Positions 10,106 through 17,646 of a stretch of DNA of 64,000 nucleotides are shown here, in pieces; within the stretch, counting starts at the first letter, position 1; each line of letters opens with the position of its first letter. This stretch comes from a virus (Duplodnaviria > Caudoviricetes), in the IMG/VR virus record IMGVR_UViG_3300037455_000100, positions 1 to 64,000 of that record; one strand, written 5' to 3'. Below the pieces are notes generated by a model. That model had not been told where the DNA came from and made no database searches. It saw only the letters and a program-made list of their open reading frames with translations. A program made the position numbers and the translations under genes.

Positions 10106-10389
10106 CATTGCAAAGATACATATTATTTTTAATATGTAAGCGATTTCCCAAAAAAAAATTATTTTTTTTTATTTATAAGAGTTGAAGTAAAAATTTTTAA
10201 TTTTTTTTATTATTTGTAAGAATGGAGGGTGATTTTTTATCTGTAGAAACAAGTAATTTTAAAATTTTAATTTTTTTTATTTGTAAAAATGAAGGACACT
10301 CTCGCCCACACCCCCACCCCAAACTCAGATTGGGATGATACCCCCAAGTGTAAATCAATTTAAGCTTTAGAACTTTAAAACCCAATGTC

Positions 10390-10584
10390 ATGACAACTTT
10401 TCAAAACTTCCTCAATCAAATTACTAGCATCCGTTTCGATGCTAGTATTATTGTCATCTGTGATAAAAAGGGAAATTATCATAGATATTCCCCAGACAAG
10501 TTCTGGGGTGAAATTTACCCAAGATGTGTCAGCAAGCTTCAGCAAGCACAGGAGGCTGAAGCTGGAACATTGGAGCAGGCTTAG
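10390..10584 (+). CDS. Early hypothetical protein
   Basis: 64 aa; follows motif copy 1; hairpin TGGAGCAGG/CCTGCTCCA at its end. Confidence 0.5.
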   Translation: MTTFQNFLNQITSIRFDASIIVICDKKGNYHRYSPDKFWGEIYPRCVSKLQQAQEAEAGTLEQA

Positions 10585-10659
10585 TCCTGCTCCATTTAAC
10601 TCTCACCTCCAAACAAGTATAATTCAATTTAATCTTTAGAACATTAAAACTTCAAAACA

Positions 10660-10947
10660 ATGAAACACATAGTATTACTAATAGCATTGCTATTGGGTTT
10701 GGGTACAATAAGTGCCCAAACTCAAACGAAGAAGGTAGATAATAAGACTTATCAGGCTGTCAAAGCTTCAAAGGCAACATCTTATGTTGCTACAGATATG
10801 AAGTACATCGAAACTGACGGTCAAACTTATACAATTTACGAGCATACTTTCACAAAAGGTGCTCGTAAAGGTCAAGTGGGTTATTTCATTAAAAAGACAT
10901 CTAAGAAATCAGGTAAGTCATATTGGAAAGAGGTCAAACTAAACTGA
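10660..10947 (+). CDS. Secreted/periplasmic early protein
   Basis: Signal peptide MKHIVLLIALLLGLGTISA-Q. Confidence 0.7.
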   Translation: MKHIVLLIALLLGLGTISAQTQTKKVDNKTYQAVKASKATSYVATDMKYIETDGQTYTIYEHTFTKGARKGQVGYFIKKTSKKSGKSYWKEVKLN

Positions 10948-11169
10948 CCTCTTTTCAATTTTGCAATAATATATATAATGTATACATTATTATATATAAT
11001 ACCAAACAAGTTTAAATCAATTTAATTTATAGAACCGATACTTGACCCTGAAAATGAGGGATTGACTACTAGGAAAAAGACTAGCTAATTTTATTTCTTA
11101 TTTACCAAACAAGTATAAATCAATTTAATATTTAAACAATAATTTATTAACTAAAAAATCAATTAAAAA

Positions 11170-11565
11170 ATGGACATTTCAATCCTAGAAAAACTATTCT
11201 CAAACATCAATGAGGGTAGCAAATCGATTGCGTTCATCACGTTTGCCAAACAACGCAATCTAAACGGTAACTGGGCAGGTCTCAAGGACGCCCTGTATAC
11301 CAAGAATCATCAGCAAGGTGAACTTGCTGGTCAAACCGAAGCTGTCGAGGGTGTAAGGTTTGAGACTGAAGTGAACGGTCAGAAAGGATTCGTCCTAATG
11401 GCTCTGTCAAGAAATGCAACTAATGCAGGTCTTCAAAACATCATGAAAGACCCGAGCAAACTACAAGTAAGAGTCGAGCAATACAATGGTTATGAGAACT
11501 TTACGCTTTGTACAGGCCAGAGCGACCGAGAAGTGTCAGAAGTCTCTGGCTCATTCACTATTTAA
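11170..11565 (+). CDS. Early hypothetical protein
   Basis: 131 aa; follows motif copy 4. Confidence 0.7.
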   Translation: MDISILEKLFSNINEGSKSIAFITFAKQRNLNGNWAGLKDALYTKNHQQGELAGQTEAVEGVRFETEVNGQKGFVLMALSRNATNAGLQNIMKDPSKLQVRVEQYNGYENFTLCTGQSDREVSEVSGSFTI

Positions 11566-11577
11566 TTCTAGCAAAAT

Positions 11578-11612
11578 TTCCACACTCTCTCAACAATGGG
11601 AGGGTGTGGAAT
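11578..11612 (+). terminator. Hairpin after early gene
   Basis: TTCCACACTCTC/GGGAGGGTGTGGAA inverted repeat. Confidence 0.45.
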
Positions 11613-12963
11613 TACTCTAAAAAGTCCGAAGGATAAAGACTTAAAAGATAAATCCAATTCTTGGTATTCTGTGAATCAGAAGAGAAACGGGATAAGACAG
11701 TTCATTAATTGAACTTTATGGTGAAAGTTCCCAATGTTGAAGAGTAAGTAGCCTTTCTTCAACACTAATTATCCTTGCTTTTTTATTGGTATGTTTTGCA
11801 AGCATAGAAAATGTACCATGACGGACGCCGATTCTATCATAACAACTTTGTCGATTACGAAGGATAGAACTTTACAAGCGTGAAATCGACTAACCTATTG
11901 ATAATAGGGGAGATTCAAAGTCTTTGTGTGTTAAGACTAAATTATGCTCTTGAGGATAATGTTTGTAAGATGGGAGACTGTCTTACAAGCACCAGATGTT
12001 GATAAAGTAATTGTGGAACAGTGGTAATGCTAGTTCGAATCTAGTATTGGTACGTCAAGCCAATTCAATTGCTGAGTATTCAACAGGCAGTCTAAAAGTA
12101 CTGGATAGATACGACTAATCCTCTATCAAAACTTTACTCTTGAGCCTATCTAGAGAGTATAAATAACTATTGACGGTAGGTCATCCTAGATACTTGACAG
12201 CAGGGTAGTAGAATTATATTCTACAGTTTTCTAGGTGACACTAAATTGGAGAGTATAAGTGTCATAATTGCCCACTCTCCTTTACCTCTAATGAGATTCA
12301 ATCAGAAGAATAGGACATAAGGTGGTAAATCCAAGAGATACATCCACGTCTGATTGAATACATTTAAAAAACTCAATATAAAATATCCTTTCAATAGGAT
12401 TTCCAAGATGTTGAGGACGCCAGTTTCTTATTAATGATACGTGATATAGCAAATGTTGCATCGCATAAAGATTAATTTTATCTTAGTCTATATTAGTATA
12501 ATAACACTTAGAGTTTAATTAACATTGCGCCAATAATAATATATTGGACACCTAATTAAATGCTCAAAAATTGCCCGATATCATACTCGTGGTAGATGTG
12601 AAATATTAATAAGTTTTAGGCGTAAAACACAATTAAAAGTGTGATGATATTCTAGTTATTCATCAACACTATGTTTAATCCTAATAACTTGTTAGGTAAT
12701 AGGTGGATTACAATTATTAAGTATAAAAAATTAATAATTGTAATTACAGACGTAATTGCTGCAACATTAGGTTTGTAACATCTATTAGTATTAGTAATTT
12801 GCAGATTATTAATACGAAGAAAATCCATAATTATTAACATGTAGATTGTTTGATTAATAATTATGGTCACTATTAGGTGAATAGAAGTATTTGCATCATG
12901 ACTAATAGTGGAATAAGAGAAGTAGTACTTGATAAACATCGTGCTACTTCTCTTATTTTAATA

Positions 12964-13025
12964 AAACCTCTGATGAGTCTTTGAAAATTAAGACGAAACC
13001 TAGTTTTATTACGATGGTCAGGTTT
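12964..13025 (+). ncRNA. Type I hammerhead ribozyme
   Basis: Stem I AAACCT/AGGTTT, core CTGATGA, stem II GTCTT/AAGAC, GAAA, short stem III, GTC cleavage triplet at 13017-13019. Confidence 0.85.
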
Positions 13026-13101
13026 AACTTAACTCTTAATCCGAAGAGTTGCACTAATATAGTGTTTAATAGTCGTTGTGGAGGCGGCAAGGATATAAAT
13101 A

Positions 13102-13401
13102 ATGAAAAATAAATTTTTATTTACATTCGTAGATAATAATTGCAAATCAGCAAGTTCTGTAGTGTTTGATGATTTTGAAACAGCTTTATCTTATATGGAT
13201 AAAGAATGTTCAAAACTATCAATATACCCAGGAACAGAGACTAGAAGAAAAGTTGGTGTAAATATGTTAAGAGCTGTATGTAAAATACAATCAAAATATG
13301 TTGATATAACGTTACAAATAGCACAATTAACACCTGATGAAAATAATCAACTATCAACTTGTGGTTGGGATTATGATTTAAATAATATTGCACTACCGTA
13401 A
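13102..13401 (+). CDS. Hypothetical protein
   Basis: 99 aa ORF downstream of the hammerhead. Confidence 0.6.
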   Translation: MKNKFLFTFVDNNCKSASSVVFDDFETALSYMDKECSKLSIYPGTETRRKVGVNMLRAVCKIQSKYVDITLQIAQLTPDENNQLSTCGWDYDLNNIALP

Positions 13402-13496
13402 TTCAACTCCACTGCCGAAACTATTATTAGGAGTAGGCAGTGGTTTAACATTAATAATATACATTCCTTTAATTAACACATAAAACACACAAAACA

Positions 13497-13640
13497 ATGC
13501 ATTCAGACTTTATAGAATTAATATCTATGACTGACGATGAATATTCTAAATATCTTGATTGTGTACTTAAAGATTTAGGTCTTACAATTAAAGAGTTTAG
13601 AGATATATCTTCAGAGGTTATAGAAGAATTACCCTTTTAA
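13497..13640 (+). CDS. Small acidic protein (47 aa) ending EELPF
   Basis: A/C-rich leader ACACACAAAACA-ATG; MHSDFIELISMTDDEY...IEELPF. Confidence 0.55.
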   Translation: MHSDFIELISMTDDEYSKYLDCVLKDLGLTIKEFRDISSEVIEELPF

Positions 13641-13805
13641 AATAAATACAAATGAATATTGTAACTAAATATAATAAAAGAATAGGTTCTCAATTATCCT
13701 GTTAAAATTGGTTTTAGAGCGAGGGTAGATTAAATGTGAGCAATATCAATAAGTCTCACACTATCCTTGCTTATTTTATAAAACAATAATTAAATACGAC
13801 ACATA

Positions 13806-14270
13806 ATGAAAGACAAACAAAAATTAAAAGATTTAATTTATATACTTCTATTAATAGGAGTATTATTTATCTGCGTTAAAATGGTACTGCTTCATAAATC
13901 ATGCAGTGCTAACAATATACAAGACACTATAAGTCCATATCCATACGAATGGGATTTGTATGAAGATGGATGCATAGCATTAAACTTCAATTCAATCTAT
14001 TACATCGACACTACAAATATGGCTATATATTATGACGATTATGACCAGTTTGATATGTATCATGAATATGAGATTAATCCTAACAATATCAACAATGATG
14101 GTAATCTTTTAGTACATATATCAAAAGATAATCTAGTTGAACTGATGAATAGAATACTACAGTATATGTCTTTCAATAATGACTATGATACCTCACACAA
14201 AATAGAGTCTATGTTTGGTATTAAAGAGATTAATAACTCATATCATGTGGTATATCTAGGCAAACTATAA
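13806..14270 (+). CDS. Membrane-anchored hypothetical protein
   Basis: N-terminal hydrophobic helix followed by an acidic domain. Confidence 0.6.
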   Translation: MKDKQKLKDLIYILLLIGVLFICVKMVLLHKSCSANNIQDTISPYPYEWDLYEDGCIALNFNSIYYIDTTNMAIYYDDYDQFDMYHEYEINPNNINNDGNLLVHISKDNLVELMNRILQYMSFNNDYDTSHKIESMFGIKEINNSYHVVYLGKL

Positions 14271-14363
14271 CAATATAGAATCTATATAGAGAGGTCTTTA
14301 TTTAACTTTTTTGCGGATACTAAAGTTATACTATATAAATTCTATTATATCTAATATAATAAA

Positions 14364-14838
14364 ATTATGAGTGCGTAGACGAGAAATCTCTATGTAGAAG
14401 CACCCTAATTCGGTGAACATCCTTAATGTTGAAATTTGTGATACTAATGGTCTAAAATTGCTTGAAATAAAGCAGCCAAAACAAACAAATGACACAAAAC
14501 AACACTAAATAATAATGTGTAAGAACGATGCCGAGCTAAATTGAGAATCATTCACAGTAGGGCAACCGCTTGAGACGGGATTGTTGCAAACGTCTTAATG
14601 ATTTTCATAAATGCGTATAGACTAATAGGTGCAGCCTAAGTTGAAATTAGTAGATTATCCTAGTAATTTTGTATCGTAAAAAGTAGTATAACGTACATTA
14701 TACATGATACATAACCTCTAGATTAGATATATAGCATGGTAGTGTGCAGTCCCCATGTAATGATAATCACTTACTTGCAAGAATTTCAATATGGTTAAAT
14801 AGTCTAAAAGTCCTACATACTCATAATGTAGGCAATAT
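14364..14838 (+). ncRNA. Free-standing group I intron-like ribozyme
   Basis: P2 with GAAA loop, P3 GCACC/GGTGC, AATTCGGTGAA and GCCGAGC (P4/P6), P7 TAGACTA/TAGTCTA, long P8, P9 CCTACAT/ATGTAGG. Confidence 0.7.
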
Positions 14839-14922
14839 GCTCCCGTGACGTAATAGGCAGCCGTGTCAGACTTAAAATCTGATGTCCAAAAGGACGTATG
14901 GGTTCAAATCCCATCGGGAGTA
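14839..14922 (+). tRNA. tRNA-Leu (TAA)
   Basis: GCTCCCG/CGGGAGT acceptor, TCAGA-CTTAAAA-TCTGA anticodon arm, long variable arm, ATGGG-TTCAAAT-CCCAT T arm. Confidence 0.92.
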
Positions 14923-15229
14923 CTAACTGTAAATAGCAAAATCTGAGATTAGACTAAGATTGGCAGTCCGACTAATAGTGTTAAATATCCCCTGATGCAC
15001 GGGGTAGGTAAGCCACTATTTACAGTTTAATTTAAGACTGAAGCCGATACCGGGATATATAATAGTAAGAGGTAATATCAGTAAGAGAGACTCCACCTCT
15101 GAACTTATATATAAAGTAAGGATAAAACCGCCTGAAGCCAGTCTTATACTATAAGAAGTGAGTACCCTTTATTTTCATGGATAATTAATTGATTAGGTTT
15201 GTCATAATATTATTTACTCACTTCTTTAT

Positions 15230-15312
15230 GGGGGTATAGCACGTAATGGAAGCGTATCAGTCTTCTAAACTGATGTCGTAAGACCTTGTGGGTTCGAGTC
15301 CCACTACCCTCT
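15230..15312 (+). tRNA. tRNA with TCT anticodon (Arg) and atypical long variable arm
   Basis: GGGGGTA/TACCCTC acceptor, TCAGT-CTTCTAA-ACTGA anticodon arm, GTC-GTAA-GAC extra arm, GTGGG-TTCGAGT-CCCAC T arm. Confidence 0.8.
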
Positions 15313-15358
15313 CAAATTATCTAAGGTTTAATTTAATGTTTCTTTTAATTTCCATATC

Positions 15359-15390
15359 TCACTATCGTTGTGAAACGGTAGTGATTTTTT
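15359..15390 (+). terminator. Intrinsic terminator
   Basis: TCACTATCG-TTGTGAAA-CGGTAGTGA then TTTTTT. Confidence 0.7.
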
Positions 15391-15424
15391 ATTTAAACTA
15401 ATAATAAATTAACACACAAATATT

Positions 15425-15667
15425 ATGTATACACATCAAACACTAAAACAATGTGGACAGAATACTTATAATAGTATAAACTGTACAAACAAAATTCGTA
15501 AAGTCTCACAAAATAAATTTGAGAATGTTACGTTAGTAGGCAAACATGCTTTTAATTATACAGTACTCATACAAAATAAGAGTACTAAAACATTGAAAGC
15601 TGTATCATTCCCTACAAGAAAAGAAGCAATTACTTTCTTTTTACTAACTATTAAGAAATACAACTAA
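15425..15667 (+). CDS. Hypothetical protein
   Basis: 80 aa with ACACACAAA leader. Confidence 0.55.
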   Translation: MYTHQTLKQCGQNTYNSINCTNKIRKVSQNKFENVTLVGKHAFNYTVLIQNKSTKTLKAVSFPTRKEAITFFLLTIKKYN

Positions 15668-15891
15668 TAAGATAATTATGGAAAATATTAAATCCAGCGC
15701 TGAACTAATGGATGAAATATCATTCATCAGTACAAAAGAATACTTGTAGAGAGAGGTCTTTGTTATTTTGTACAAAAAAAAATAATACTCTACAAGTAAT
15801 TATAAGGCTTCTTTTAAAAACTATAGGTTTCATGGTAGTTAGTTATATGTTTTCTGTTTGTGGGTAATAGTACCTTAAAGAAGCCTTAAAT

Positions 15892-15963
15892 TGTCCTATA
15901 GTATAATGGTTATTACATCAGATTTTGGTTCTGAGAATCTAGGTTCGATTCCTAGTAGGACAA
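15892..15963 (+). tRNA. tRNA-Gln (TTG)
   Basis: TGTCCTA/TAGGACA acceptor, TCAGA-TTTTGGT-TCTGA anticodon arm, CTAGG-TTCGATT-CCTAG T arm. Confidence 0.92.
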
Positions 15964-15979
15964 CTAAATATATAATATT

Positions 15980-16186
15980 ATGAATAAAGAAGAGATAATA
16001 GTAAATCCATCAGAAGTAATCACGCTTATAGATGGTACAAGAACTAAAAGTGTTATGCCAGAGTATAATGATGAAATGGTATTTGAGTCAGTATATTCTG
16101 TAGAAAGTATAATAATTAGAGCTAAAAATAGAAATGAAGCTATAGAAAAATATAAAGAAATAAGAAGTAATTTATTAATAGACTAA
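15980..16186 (+). CDS. Hypothetical protein
   Basis: 68 aa ORF. Confidence 0.55.
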   Translation: MNKEEIIVNPSEVITLIDGTRTKSVMPEYNDEMVFESVYSVESIIIRAKNRNEAIEKYKEIRSNLLID

Positions 16187-16491
16187 GAAGTAAGATTCCT
16201 ATGGTCTACAGCCGATAAGTGTAGGTGTATCCTTTTGTTATCTGTTATACTATTTCGTTATTATTAATCTTACTTCTTTATAATATAGGTGGTAGAGTTG
16301 TTTTTGTTAGTCTAATGGTGTTGTTTTTCTCCTCTACCACCTTCTTTATTGATAATCATAGTTTTTGTGTTATAGATGTGTGTAAAGAAACTTTTCAGCT
16401 ATTAAGTACTATTTAATAACTGACTAACGGCTAAGTTTCAGTAATTGGTTATAGTCCGTTTTACATTTGAAACACTTTAAAATTAAATATT

Positions 16492-16884
16492 ATGTCAAAT
16501 CATCCATTAGGCGTAGCATTAATTAAATACGCCTGTCCTATATGTGGACAAATCAATGAAGATGCTTCAGAAATAGCTTTAGGTTCTTTACCAAATGATG
16601 AAGAAAATATAAAGAATGTTGAAGCAATGAATAATCAAATAGTAGGATTCTCAGAGAAACCTTGTAAAAAATGCCAGTCTTATATAGACCAAGGAGCATT
16701 TATGATTATAGGTGTAGATTCTGACAAGACAGATGATGAGAGAAATCCGTACAGGACTGGTCATATTGTAGGTATAAAGAAAACATCTGAATTTTATAAA
16801 CATCTTCTTGATGAATATAAAGTAAAGGATGCTATCTTTATGGATTATAGAGATATGAAAAAGTTTGGATTAATTAATGATTAA
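16492..16884 (+). CDS. Zn-binding hypothetical protein
   Basis: CPIC...CKKC. Confidence 0.65.
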   Translation: MSNHPLGVALIKYACPICGQINEDASEIALGSLPNDEENIKNVEAMNNQIVGFSEKPCKKCQSYIDQGAFMIIGVDSDKTDDERNPYRTGHIVGIKKTSEFYKHLLDEYKVKDAIFMDYRDMKKFGLIND

Positions 16885-17077
16885 TATGATTACAACGTTT
16901 ATAGATGAAGGTGTAAAACATACAGCTGTTACACAACAATATCAAGTTGGTACATATTGTATCATAGACAGTAATCCTAGTATGCAATATTCTCTTAACT
17001 GTACTGAGAAAGAATATCATAAATATCTAAGGAAGAGTTATGAATGTATTGTAGAGGAATCGTCTAAACTAGATTAA
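16877..17077 (+). CDS. Hypothetical protein
   Basis: Overlaps upstream stop. Confidence 0.5.
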   Translation: MINMITTFIDEGVKHTAVTQQYQVGTYCIIDSNPSMQYSLNCTEKEYHKYLRKSYECIVEESSKLD

Positions 17078-17163
17078 AATGTATCCATATAACACAATAG
17101 ATGATATACCAGATTATATCTGGGATTACGTAGAATCTTTTAAATAATATAACACAACACACA

Positions 17164-17469
17164 GTGAAAACACAATTAGAGTTAAAACTAAACAAATTAC
17201 CTGAAACTGTACAAGTGAACAGTGAATGGTATGACTTACACATGACAAGATTCACAAGCGGTGATGAACTTGTATGGTGTATAGAGTATCAAGATGAAGT
17301 AGGTAATTCAATATTCTCGGTACAACATAAATCTATACAAGCTTGTGTAGATAGTGCACTTGGAGAGATAAACAAAATCAACTATTTAAGTTCTCCAGAA
17401 GGACAATTTATGTCAATGGTATATAACGCACATCCAAATAAATTTGATATAAATTCATTATACACATAA
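17164..17469 (+). CDS. Hypothetical protein
   Basis: GTG start after ACACAACACACA leader. Confidence 0.55.
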   Translation: MKTQLELKLNKLPETVQVNSEWYDLHMTRFTSGDELVWCIEYQDEVGNSIFSVQHKSIQACVDSALGEINKINYLSSPEGQFMSMVYNAHPNKFDINSLYT

Positions 17470-17646
17470 AACACAAAACTATGGAAGAATTTGATTTTGA
17501 TACTGCATTTGCTGCAATTGATGAAAACCTTGAATTGGTAGGAATTAATCTATCATTAGCAAAGGATGCATTAGGGTATTAGTTAATAGGTCTGCTTCAG
17601 AATTATCTGGGGTAGACCTTATTTTTTAATATTAATAATTAATAGT

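Larger units (their letters stand above)
10345..11130 (+). promoter_or_regulatory. Four copies of CAAGTnTAAwTCAATTTAA (near 10345, 10614, 11007, 11110); putative phage early promoters
   Basis: Near-identical intergenic motif upstream of the first plus-strand ORFs. Confidence 0.65.

Noticed and set aside
10345-11130. CRISPR-like repeat array
   Set aside because: Spacing is irregular (about 100-400 nt), the intervals contain ORFs, and no cas genes are present
11989-12054. T-arm-like GCTAG-TTCGAAT-CTAGT suggesting a tRNA or tmRNA
   Set aside because: No convincing D or anticodon arm, imperfect acceptor, no G3-U70 pair and no tag ORF
12652-12939. 95-aa minus-strand ORF
   Set aside because: Ile/Asn-rich low-complexity product, antisense to the early transcription direction
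15255-15275. Reading the 15230 tRNA as an amber (CTA) suppressor
   Set aside because: Stem TCAGT/ACTGA centres the 7-nt loop on TCT, not CTA
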